This document shows positions 29,419 through 37,903 of a stretch of 64,000 nt of DNA, piece after piece (position 1 is the first letter of the stretch; the number at the start of each line of letters is the position of its first letter). The notes under the pieces are model-generated. The model saw only the letters and a list, made by a program, of their open reading frames with translations, had not been told where the DNA came from and searched no databases. A program made the position numbers and the translations under genes. The stretch is from a bacterium (GTDB lineage: Bacteria; UBA8248), in contig OZ253442.1 of the NCBI GenBank assembly GCA_965261085.1, forward strand, positions 288,001 to 352,000. Direction: 5' to 3'.

Positions 29419-30447
29419 CTAATTCTGCGACCCCCGGGTTTGCGCTGCGCGTTGTTCCACATAATCTTCCAACGAGAAAGGCGTGCCTGCGTTTTCGGGT
29501 GCGGCGGTCTCAACGCCGGGGAAGTTCGACGCCTCCTCGAACCAGGTCCGTTGCGCGGGCAAGCCCCATCCTCCCTGATGGATACCTGAAACGTCCCATT
29601 CCACCGGCTCTATTTCCATGTCCAGCATTTGATGCGGCGCATCGAGAAGTATTTCGCACCGGTGGCCATCGGGGTCGCGGATGTAGACATACTGGACGTG
29701 CCCCATCGTGTGCCGACCGGGGCCACGTTCCACGGCGTCACCGTAACCCATTTGCCCGGTGATATCACAGGCGCGCATCATATTCTGAAATGAGCGCGTG
29801 ACGTAAGCGAAGTGGTGCATACGCGGCCCCCGACCGGTAAGAAAAACGATATCCCAGGGAATGTCCTTGCGGTAAGAGAAGACCCCCAGTACGTTGTTCC
29901 CTCCTTGCGCCGTCATATAGTCGCTGACCCTGAAACCGAGCCTGCTGTAAAGGTCGAACGCGCTCACAACGTCGGCTGCGTGGAGCTGCATATGATCGAA
30001 GCGCAGACCGCAGGCTCCTTTGTGCGCGTTGTGATCCGAATCGGCGCGATTGACGCGGTCCATGCGGGCGCAGAATTCCAACGGGACCCCGCTGGGGTCG
30101 GAAACCCGGAGCGTCCGGCCTTGATAGGGCGTTTCAACCCAACTTGGCGCGAGGTTCTCGGCAATGAAGAATTGCTCGGCTTTTTCGAGTTCTTCCTCCG
30201 TCAGAACACGGAAGCCGACGGCCTCGCAGACCGGTTCGGCATCGGTGCGCTTGAGCACGAGGCTGTGGTGGCAGGCCTCCTCGATACCGCGAAGGTAGAC
30301 GACATCGCCGTCCTCTTCCGTCACGACCAGGCCATACACTTCCATATAGAAATCCCGGCTGCGCGCGGGATCACGGATGGTGAGAACGGTGTGGCTGATG
30401 CGGGTGATGTTGAACGGTGGGTAGAAGACCGGAGAGGGAATAGGCAT
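29419..30447 (-). CDS. VOC-family extradiol dioxygenase, homoprotocatechuate 2,3-dioxygenase-like
   Basis: FNITRISH, YLRGIEEACHHSL, FDH, GPRMHHFAY, ERGPGRH, YIRDPDGHRCE and WGLPAQRTWFEE; GGAG RBS before ATG 30447. Confidence 0.85.
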   Translation of the reverse strand: MPIPSPVFYPPFNITRISHTVLTIRDPARSRDFYMEVYGLVVTEEDGDVVYLRGIEEACHHSLVLKRTDAEPVCEAVGFRVLTEEELEKAEQFFIAENLAPSWVETPYQGRTLRVSDPSGVPLEFCARMDRVNRADSDHNAHKGACGLRFDHMQLHAADVVSAFDLYSRLGFRVSDYMTAQGGNNVLGVFSYRKDIPWDIVFLTGRGPRMHHFAYVTRSFQNMMRACDITGQMGYGDAVERGPGRHTMGHVQYVYIRDPDGHRCEILLDAPHQMLDMEIEPVEWDVSGIHQGGWGLPAQRTWFEEASNFPGVETAAPENAGTPFSLEDYVEQRAAQTRGSQN

Positions 30448-30566
30448 TGTTTGCTCCTTTTCACCAAAGTTGCGCTCTTCATCAGAGGCAGATCCGGCGG
30501 AGTCGGCCGCACGGTGTGCTCTGCGTTTTTCCCGCTGCCGAGGGACATCCGTCAGCAGCTTCATAG

Positions 30567-31226
30567 TCATTCGGGACCCGGGTTTCCCACGAAATGCGAT
30601 ATGGGAGCGACAATGCAGCCTTCGGAAATCGGAATGCACGCGGGCGAGATTTCCTGTTTGATCGCGATACCGCGATCACGCGCTTCATCGATGAACCGGC
30701 CGAGGTGCCGCATGGCGCCGGTGGGAATGTCGTGGAGGACCATGACGCTCCAGTCCTGGCCCTCGCAGTGTTCGAGCGCCGTTTCCACCCAACCGTCCGG
30801 CTGCTCCCAATCGCGCGGGATGCTGTTCCACAGCACCATGGTGAAGCCATCTTCCAGGAGTATGTCCCGCGCCTGCGGGCTGAGCAGATGGTCGCCCAAC
30901 AAGCCGCCATCGCCTTTGGGACGAAACATGCGGCGGTTCGAGCCGACCTCATCGATCAGTGCTTGAGTCCCGCGAATTTCGCGCTCGACGACCTCATCGA
31001 GTGGCTGACGGCCCAACGGTACCGAATGCGACCAGGTGTGGTTCCCGATCCAGTGCCCTGCTGCCAGCACGCTTTGCGCAAGCGGACGACCGTCCGGCAG
31101 CGCCAGCCTCTCGCCAAGCATAAAGAAAGTGGCCAGAACTTCCTTCTCCTCCAGCACGCGGAGAACCTGCGGGGTAACGTCGGCAAACGGGCCGTTGTCG
31201 AAAGTGAGGGTAAGAGATTTCGTCAT
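30567..31226 (-). CDS. Polysaccharide deacetylase (NodB/CE4) family protein
   Basis: LTFDNGP, ATFF, GNHTWSH, FRP, DW and VLHD. Confidence 0.85.
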   Translation of the reverse strand: MTKSLTLTFDNGPFADVTPQVLRVLEEKEVLATFFMLGERLALPDGRPLAQSVLAAGHWIGNHTWSHSVPLGRQPLDEVVEREIRGTQALIDEVGSNRRMFRPKGDGGLLGDHLLSPQARDILLEDGFTMVLWNSIPRDWEQPDGWVETALEHCEGQDWSVMVLHDIPTGAMRHLGRFIDEARDRGIAIKQEISPACIPISEGCIVAPISHFVGNPGPE

Positions 31227-31230
31227 GGGC

Positions 31231-31776
31231 TTAGAAAGGCGCTGAAGCACCGGAGGGAAGGTCGAACTCGGCCGCGTTGAGAGTTGCCGCGCCGATGATG
31301 TAATGCCCGATGAGACCCGAAATCTCAATGATGCCAGGAACACCGAACCTTTCCCGCACCGCATGGAACTGCTCGTCGGACACGCGGCGGTCCTCGAGCA
31401 GGGTCTTCACATAGGCGTACACCGCTGCTTCGGTGTCGTCGTCGAAATGCGGGGGGCGTCCGGTGCGGATGGACTCGATTATGTCGCCGCTCAACCCGTT
31501 CCTTCGCGCAATAGGCTCGTGCACGAGCCACTCGTGGTAACAGCGCCAGTCGCGGGCGACAGTCAGGATTATCAACTCTCTGATGTTGCCTGGCAGCGAC
31601 GCCTTGAAACGCAGGTATTCGCCAACCTCCTGGGTGCGGTCTGCAAAATCGGGCTGATGGAGCCACAACCCCATAAGTCCCGAGGCATGGCCGCGTCCAC
31701 CTGCGATCATCCGCTCCGCCACTTCACGCTGACGGGCTGTCATATCTTTTTCGTCGACGCCGTAAAAGCGAGCCAT
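31231..31776 (-). CDS. Carboxymuconolactone decarboxylase/AhpD-like protein
   Basis: GEYLRF...RELIILTVARDW...EWLVH...GL pattern. Confidence 0.8.
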   Translation of the reverse strand: MARFYGVDEKDMTARQREVAERMIAGGRGHASGLMGLWLHQPDFADRTQEVGEYLRFKASLPGNIRELIILTVARDWRCYHEWLVHEPIARRNGLSGDIIESIRTGRPPHFDDDTEAAVYAYVKTLLEDRRVSDEQFHAVRERFGVPGIIEISGLIGHYIIGAATLNAAEFDLPSGASAPF

Positions 31777-31955
31777 GAACCCCTCCTCACCTGGATTCTG
31801 GAAGGAACGAGACCATGTCGGCGTTCCTTCCCTTGGATTTACCATAGTTTCACGAATCCGCTTTCATTTCGATTACATACTGCAGAAGATAAATTCCGAA
31901 CCAAATTTGGAATAATGAATAATTCATAACAATGCCAATATGATAAAAGGATTTC

Positions 31956-32950
31956 ATGGCTTATGAAAACGGCTTGATGTATCTAAAAAGATATGAGGGA
32001 GAAATCTCCCGCCTGAGCGATCTGACCATGAATCAGAGGATGAACATGCCTATCGAAAAAGTCGATGGATTCTATTTTCACCCCGACTCGCGTGATCGCG
32101 TCCTGGCGCAGCGCTATGCGGACCGGGCCAAAACGCCCTGGACGCCGATGGAAAAACCGCTCGAACAATGCAAGGTCACCTTGGTCTCCACGGCCGGCAT
32201 TTTCATGAAGGACGACGTCTCCTTTGATTATGAGAGAGAACACCGCGAGGGCACCTGGGGCGACCCCACCCACCGGGAGATTCCCAAAACGGCGGGGCAG
32301 CACGACGTGGCGTATTCCCACCTGCACGTCGACACCTCGTTCATGGCTGAGGACAGAAACGTGGCCTGGCCGGTCGACATCTTTTTCGATTTCGAGAGGG
32401 AAGGAAAAATCGGCGCGCTGGCCGATACGCTGTATTCCATCATGGGCTACATCCCGAATTTCAGCCCGCTGGTGAAGCGCACGGCACCTCTGATGATCGA
32501 GAAGATGAAGGAAGGGGGCGTGGACGTGGCTTTTCTCTACCCGGTCTGACCCTTGTGCAACCGGTCCGGCGGACTGCTTCAGCGCGAAATCGAAAAGGCG
32601 GGCATTCCCACCGTCATCATCTCCACGTGCCAGAAACCACCGAGCGTGTCTGCGTGCCCAGAGCGGTGTTCGTCCAATATCCCTTCGGACGTCAACTGGG
32701 CCTCGTGGGCGATTACGACGGCCAGCGCAGGATTTGCGAGGACATGGCGAGGGTGCTGGAAGAAGCGCAGTCACCCAACGACTACCGGCACCTGCCCTAT
32801 GAGTGGCCCGAGCCGCCCGAGACCACCAAATGGCGTCCGGATGTACCGCCTCCCATCTTCGCCATCCGGCAGGCCAAAGAGGGTGGACACAATCTGATGG
32901 ATGATTTCAAGGACGAGGAGCGGGCCGCGTATTCGGACACCAGTCGCTAG
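31956..32950 (+). CDS. PrdB/GrdB-like selenoprotein (Sec UGA at 32547-32549), with a 1-nt frameshift near 32621-32632
   Basis: PWTPMEKPL...LVSTAG...GDPTHREIP...DRNVAWP...EGKIG...VDVAFLYPV-TGA-PLCNRSGGLLQREIEKAGIPTV gives UxxC; the family-like tail PRAVFVQYPFG...QR...LPYEW lies in the -1 frame. Confidence 0.82.
32550..32580 (+). promoter_or_regulatory. Putative bacterial SECIS hairpin
   Basis: CGGTCC-GGC-GGACTG stem-loop with a G-led apical loop 18 nt after the in-frame UGA. Confidence 0.6.
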
Positions 32951-32960
32951 CAAAAGGCCC

Positions 32961-32995
32961 GGAGCGCGCCGTCGGCCTTACCGCGCGCTCCTTTT
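32961..32995 (+). terminator. Intrinsic terminator after the selenoprotein gene
   Basis: GGAGCGCGC...GCGCGCTCC followed by TTTT. Confidence 0.6.
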
Positions 32996-33007
32996 ATGAC
33001 CCCCAAA

Positions 33008-34417
33008 TTACGCTTTTTCCAGCCTGGCGAAATTGAGATAAAACCGCCCGTCTACCTCCGTGCGCGAGAGGGTTTGCGCAAAATCTTTGGATTCAACCCG
33101 GTAAATCTGCTCTTTTCCTCGCGCTCTGGCAACCTCGGTGAGCGCCTCTCCATCGAGACCCTCAGGCGGCTTTTTCCCTATGAGAGAGAGTATCGTGGGA
33201 GCCAGGTCTATGTTGCCCGTCGGCGCGTCCACACGCGCGCCCGCCGGAAAACTGGGTCCTTGGGCAATCAGGAAATTACAAAGTTCATACGGGCTGCACG
33301 AGCCGTGCGTTCCGCCGCTTCCCTTGTTGTTGGCCGATGAATATCCCCAGCCCGGAAGTGCGCCCTCGCGCTTCTCACCTCGCAAGAATCCATCGCCCCA
33401 CTGAAAGCCCATGAGCAAATCGGGCGCGCGGGGTCCGCCGCAGCCCACTAGCCTTAAGGACATCGTTCCCGGCAGCGCGCCCGCGGCTCCTTCGCCGCCT
33501 TTTGAAAACAAAGGCCCCGCCCAATCCTTCGTCCGCAAAAACGCGACAAGCTCCAAAAGCGTTTTTTCCGATTCGGCGTAAAAAAGGGCGGCCCCCTCGC
33601 TGTGCGCCACCTGCCACCTCTCACCGCGGCCCGGGAGGTCTGCGAGTTCGGCTTCCAAATCGATCATTCCCGCCGTCGCCACCACTCCGTGGTCCGAGAA
33701 CAAAAGAAGATTCGTCTGCAATAAATCATCGCGCTCTTTTCTCAGCCTCTCCCAGAACGCGCCGAACAACCGATCCACTCCCGTAAGCGCTTCGAGATAA
33801 CCCGCCCCGGCGGCGCCTTGGTGATGCTGGGTGCTGTCCGGCTCGCTCAGGTGAACCACGAGCACGGCAGGTTCTAATTCGGGGATCACGTAATCGAGCG
33901 CGAAATCGAGCGCCCAAGCGCAGCGCGCAAGGTCGGGTTCACCGGCGGCGGGGATTTCTGCCGCCTTCTCGAATTTTCCGCGCCATTCAGCGGGATGCGT
34001 CGCCTTTGGATGGATCAGACACGCAGGCCGGCCCGCGTTCCAAAGCCAAGCGGAACCGCTCGACGCAGCACTTATGATGACGCCGCCGCCGAGACGCTCG
34101 AAAAAAGTGTCCCGCAAGAGAAGACGCCCGCCCAGGGCGCGCTCCCAGGCGAGGAGGCTCTCGTAGCGGCCCGTGGTGATGGTTTCGCCCAACTCGCGCG
34201 CGAAGAGCGAATTTCCCGGCAGGCCGTGCTTTTGGGGGTAGACGCCGGTGGCGAGGCTCGAGACGCAAACCCTCGTCGAAGTGGGAAACACGCTGCGGTG
34301 ATTCTGAAACCACGTGCCTCGCTCCGCCGCTGCCAGGAGATTCGGCGTTATCTGCTCACTCAAAGCGTCCGCGCGCAGACCATCGAACTGAATTGCGATG
34401 ACTCGTGGCGAGGCCAT
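33008..34417 (-). CDS. Alkaline phosphatase superfamily (nucleotide pyrophosphatase/phosphodiesterase) protein
   Basis: FDGLR, FPTSTR, TGVYPQKHG, EPDSTQH, SDHG, THG and DLAPTIL. Confidence 0.87.
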   Translation of the reverse strand: MASPRVIAIQFDGLRADALSEQITPNLLAAAERGTWFQNHRSVFPTSTRVCVSSLATGVYPQKHGLPGNSLFARELGETITTGRYESLLAWERALGGRLLLRDTFFERLGGGVIISAASSGSAWLWNAGRPACLIHPKATHPAEWRGKFEKAAEIPAAGEPDLARCAWALDFALDYVIPELEPAVLVVHLSEPDSTQHHQGAAGAGYLEALTGVDRLFGAFWERLRKERDDLLQTNLLLFSDHGVVATAGMIDLEAELADLPGRGERWQVAHSEGAALFYAESEKTLLELVAFLRTKDWAGPLFSKGGEGAAGALPGTMSLRLVGCGGPRAPDLLMGFQWGDGFLRGEKREGALPGWGYSSANNKGSGGTHGSCSPYELCNFLIAQGPSFPAGARVDAPTGNIDLAPTILSLIGKKPPEGLDGEALTEVARARGKEQIYRVESKDFAQTLSRTEVDGRFYLNFARLEKA

Positions 34418-34433
34418 CCGTTCCTCATCCCGC

Positions 34434-34468
34434 AAAAGAAAAGCGGCGGGGGATTCCGCCCCCGCCGC
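34434..34468 (-). terminator. Intrinsic terminator after the nitrile-hydratase-like genes
   Basis: Perfect 10-bp stem GCGGCGGGGG/CCCCCGCCGC with a T-rich tail on the minus strand. Confidence 0.7.
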
Positions 34469-34489
34469 CTGGAAAGATCGTGCCCCCGA

Positions 34490-35251
34490 TCAGGTGGCCT
34501 GTCCCGCCGCCTGTGTGGCTTTTTCGAGTTCCTCGGGCGTTAGGGGATCGCCCACGCCGATCATCGAATCGCGCGTTACGAGCTGGAAGAGTTGCGCTTC
34601 ACTCCAGTCTTCGGTTCCCTTCGGACGCTGGGGGATGATGAGGTAGCGGCAGTCCGCGTTCGAGTCGATGACGATGAGTTCCACATCATCAGGCGCCTCG
34701 AAGCCCATGTCCTTGAGGGTGCCCCTCGGGTCCGTTACGGCTTTCGAGCGATAGGGGAAGCTCTTGTACCAGGTGGGGGGCTGTCCGAGGATTTGCCTCG
34801 GGTAGCACGAACACAGCGTGCACACCACCATGTAGCGGGTCGTGTCGGTATTCTCGAGAGCCACCACGCGGTTGATGCCCGTGGTATCGACGCCCATTTC
34901 GGAGCAGGCGGCGTCCGCGTCCGCCAGGAGCCTTTCCTTGAAGCCCTCATCCACCCAGGCGCGCGCGATGATGCGCGAGCCAATAGCGGGGCTTTGGCCG
35001 TAAATCTCCTCCACCGCGCGCCTCATCTCATCGGTCGTGAGAATGCCCTTCTCGCGGAGGACGCTCATCAGGGCCATCATGCGCACCTGGTAGTAGTCCA
35101 GATCGTGCTCCACCTGGGTTACGGCCCCCTCGCGGTAGGCGTCGTCGGACTGCATGCGCGCGTTGTGCGCCGCGGGGTCCTGACTGTAGGTGTGGGGATG
35201 GTCGCCGTGGTGGTGAGTATGTCCGTTGTGATGATCGTGAGAGTGCGCCAT
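34490..35251 (-). CDS. Cobalt-type nitrile hydratase alpha / thiocyanate hydrolase gamma-like subunit with a His-rich N-terminus
   Basis: ARAWVD, VVCTLCSCYP, PPTWYKS..YRS and RYLIIPQRP; GAGGAG RBS before ATG 35251. Confidence 0.92.
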   Translation of the reverse strand: MAHSHDHHNGHTHHHGDHPHTYSQDPAAHNARMQSDDAYREGAVTQVEHDLDYYQVRMMALMSVLREKGILTTDEMRRAVEEIYGQSPAIGSRIIARAWVDEGFKERLLADADAACSEMGVDTTGINRVVALENTDTTRYMVVCTLCSCYPRQILGQPPTWYKSFPYRSKAVTDPRGTLKDMGFEAPDDVELIVIDSNADCRYLIIPQRPKGTEDWSEAQLFQLVTRDSMIGVGDPLTPEELEKATQAAGQAT

Positions 35252-35290
35252 GGTGTGCTCCTCGTTCACGGGGGCGCCGGCGGATTCGTT

Positions 35291-35578
35291 CTAGACCGGC
35301 TCCAGCCAATGTTCATAAATTTCGATATAGATTTTGTCCTGTTTTTTCCCCGCCTCGTGATCCCACAGATCGTTGATGTCGAACTCCACCCAGTAGAGTT
35401 CCCTGAGCGGCAGGCCGTCGCCGCCGTAGGCGAGATTTTCCGGGTTTTTGTATTTGCCGAAATAGCGGTTGACCACCCCGGTCTTTCCCTTCACGAAATA
35501 TGTCGTTCGATGATGGCCGTCGGGGTACATCTCCTTGATGCGCACCCTGTCGCCCATGCGGAACCGGGTTTCCTCCAT
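35291..35578 (-). CDS. Nitrile hydratase beta C-terminal SH3-like / thiocyanate hydrolase alpha-like subunit
   Basis: FRMGDRV, GHHRT..VKGKTG, NPENLAYG, LYWVEF..DLW and EIYEHWLEP. Confidence 0.88.
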   Translation of the reverse strand: MEETRFRMGDRVRIKEMYPDGHHRTTYFVKGKTGVVNRYFGKYKNPENLAYGGDGLPLRELYWVEFDINDLWDHEAGKKQDKIYIEIYEHWLEPV

Positions 35579-35604
35579 CAGAACATCCCCTTCTCAGTTG
35601 GAAC

Positions 35605-35658
35605 GACTCGACAAAGAGAACATTTCAATTTTACACCGCGAAGACTCTTTGTCCAGTC
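35605..35658 (-). promoter_or_regulatory. Putative sigma70 promoter overlapped by a 14-bp inverted repeat
   Basis: Minus strand TGGACA-N16-TAAAAT; arms GACTCGACAAAGAG / CTCTTTGTCCAGTC (13 of 14 match). Confidence 0.4.
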
Positions 35659-35659
35659 C

Positions 35660-36676
35660 CTATATTTTAAGCCCATAAACGCGCCGGGCGTTACCCGTGA
35701 GAATCATCTCCTGCTCGGACTCCGAGAGCCGGTTCAAGCCCGGAATATCCCGTGCGGGCTGGTGATAGCCCATATCCGCCGGATAGTCCGTGCCGTACAG
35801 AATCCGCTCCGCTCCCAGCGTTTTGGCCGCAAATTCGAAGGCGTCCGCGTTGTGGATGATGGTGTCGTAGTAAAAACGGCCAAAATACTCCTCGGGGTCT
35901 TTCGCGCCATAGACCTTGGGTTCTCTGCGCTCGCCGTAGCCGTGTTGCCAGCGGCCCCGAATCCAGGGCACGAAACCGCCTACGTGGGAGAGATAGAAAT
36001 TCAGTTTCGGGAACCTGTCCATCACGCCGCCGAAGATGAGGCACGCCACCGCGATGGTGGTGTCGAGCGGGTTTCCGATGAAATTCCTCAAGTAGAAATC
36101 CTTGAGACGATCCTCTGAACCAAGCACGTTCGTGGGATGCACGAACACGGGCATATCGAGCGCCTCGGCCTTGGCCCAGAAGACGTCAAGTTCCCGATCG
36201 TCGAGGTTCTTCCCCGCCACGTTCGAGGCGATCATCACGCCGAGGTGGCCGTTCGCCTTCGCACGCGCAAGTTCGTCCGCCGCGGCCTCGGGCGCCTGAA
36301 GGGGCGCCGTGGCCATGCAGGAGAATTTGTCGGGATACTCCCTCGCCAGCGCCGTCAGGCCGTCGTTCAGCGAGGCGGCCAACTCTTTGTTCGCCTCCGC
36401 TTCGAGCGTGTAGAGCGTCATGGCGGGGCCGATGGAGAGCACCTGATGCGCGACGCCCATGCGCTCCATGTCGGCGAAGCGCGACCCCAATTCATAGTAA
36501 AGGGGAGTGAGCTTGTTCCTGAGTTCCGTCTCTCGCCCCAGAACTTTTCCTCGGGTGATGAGCCACTCGCCTTGCGCGTCGGCCTCTATCGTCGCCGTGC
36601 GGCCGAAGCGGCCCGCGCGCACATCCGCAATAAAACCCTCGGGGTAGATATGGGTATGGGGATCGATCGCCGTCAT
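35660..36676 (-). CDS. Amidohydrolase_2, ACMSD/decarboxylase-like
   Basis: IDPHTH, VFVHP, GNPLDTT, SHVGG, YYDT and YGTDYP. Confidence 0.88.
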   Translation of the reverse strand: MTAIDPHTHIYPEGFIADVRAGRFGRTATIEADAQGEWLITRGKVLGRETELRNKLTPLYYELGSRFADMERMGVAHQVLSIGPAMTLYTLEAEANKELAASLNDGLTALAREYPDKFSCMATAPLQAPEAAADELARAKANGHLGVMIASNVAGKNLDDRELDVFWAKAEALDMPVFVHPTNVLGSEDRLKDFYLRNFIGNPLDTTIAVACLIFGGVMDRFPKLNFYLSHVGGFVPWIRGRWQHGYGERREPKVYGAKDPEEYFGRFYYDTIIHNADAFEFAAKTLGAERILYGTDYPADMGYHQPARDIPGLNRLSESEQEMILTGNARRVYGLKI

Positions 36677-36760
36677 CTTCTTCTCTATCTCTGCTGGGGG
36701 GAGGCCCACTCGGGCCTCCTCACCGCATATTTGTCGAGTTGCTTTCGCCGCCGCAAGCTC

Positions 36761-37777
36761 TTACACATCCAGTTTGTAGAGCTTCTTCACGTTTCCGTAG
36801 AGCATTTTTTCCTGATCTTCTTCCGAGAAGCGCGAAAGCCCCGGAATTTCCTTCGCCCCGGCCAGATAGCCCATGTCGAAGGGATAGTCCGTACCGTAGA
36901 GAATCTTGTCCACGCCGAGCGTCTTCACGGCGAACTCGAAGGAATCCGCGTTGTGGATGATGGTGTCGTAATAAATCTTGCCGAAATACTGCTCGGGATC
37001 TTTCGCGCCGTGCACCTTGGGTTCTCTGCGCTCGCCGTAGCCGTGCTGCCAGCGGCCCCGGATCCAGGGCGTGAAGCCGCCCACATGCGAGACCAGAAAC
37101 TTGATGTTCGGGAAGCGGTCGAACACGCCGCCGAAGATGAGGCAGGCGATGGATATCGTGGTGTCGAGCGGGTTGCCGATGAAGTTTCTCAGGTAATAGT
37201 CCTTGAGCCTGTCGTTGACGCCCATGACGTCCACCGGATGAATGAAAATCGGCACGTCGTGCTCGCACGCTTTGGCCCAGACGACGTCGAGCGCGGGGTC
37301 GTCCAGGTTCGTCCCCGCGACGTTCGAGCCGATCTGGCAGCCCAGATGACCGTTTTTCACCGCGCGGTCGAGTTCGGCCGCCGCCGCTTCCGCGTCCTGG
37401 AGCGGAATCTGCGCCATGCAGAGAAAACGCTCGGGGTGTTCTTTCGTGAGTGCGGTGAGCGCATCGTTCAAAGATGTGGAGAGTTCCCTGTTCAGGCCCG
37501 CGTCGAGCGCATAGTGCGTCATCGGCGGAACGACGGAGAGAATCTGTATGTCCACGTTCTGGTTGTTGTCCATGTCGCTCAGGCGCATTTCGACGTCATA
37601 GGTTTCCTTCGGCAGCGGGTTCTTGTGAATCCGCTCTTCGCCGAGGACGGTGCTTTTCGTGACGAGTTGCTCCCACGGATCGCCTGCTTCGATGGTGACG
37701 GCGTCGCCGAAACGGCCTTGGCGCACGTCTTCTATGAAACTCTCGGGAGCGATGTGGGCATGGGGGTCGATGATCAC
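36761..37777 (-). CDS. Amidohydrolase_2, ACMSD/decarboxylase-like paralog
   Basis: IDPHAH, IFIHP, GNPLDTT, SHVGG and YGTDYPFDMG. Confidence 0.88.
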   Translation of the reverse strand: MIIDPHAHIAPESFIEDVRQGRFGDAVTIEAGDPWEQLVTKSTVLGEERIHKNPLPKETYDVEMRLSDMDNNQNVDIQILSVVPPMTHYALDAGLNRELSTSLNDALTALTKEHPERFLCMAQIPLQDAEAAAAELDRAVKNGHLGCQIGSNVAGTNLDDPALDVVWAKACEHDVPIFIHPVDVMGVNDRLKDYYLRNFIGNPLDTTISIACLIFGGVFDRFPNIKFLVSHVGGFTPWIRGRWQHGYGERREPKVHGAKDPEQYFGKIYYDTIIHNADSFEFAVKTLGVDKILYGTDYPFDMGYLAGAKEIPGLSRFSEEDQEKMLYGNVKKLYKLDV

Positions 37778-37903
37778 CGGAACTTCTCCTTATCGGTACG
37801 TGAATGAGGAAAACCTGTTTTCAGAAAAAAGATTTTTGGAATTTTCGAGGGCCGATTATGCACATTTTGCCGCCGCCACGCCAGAGCGCGGGGCCTTGCG
37901 CCG

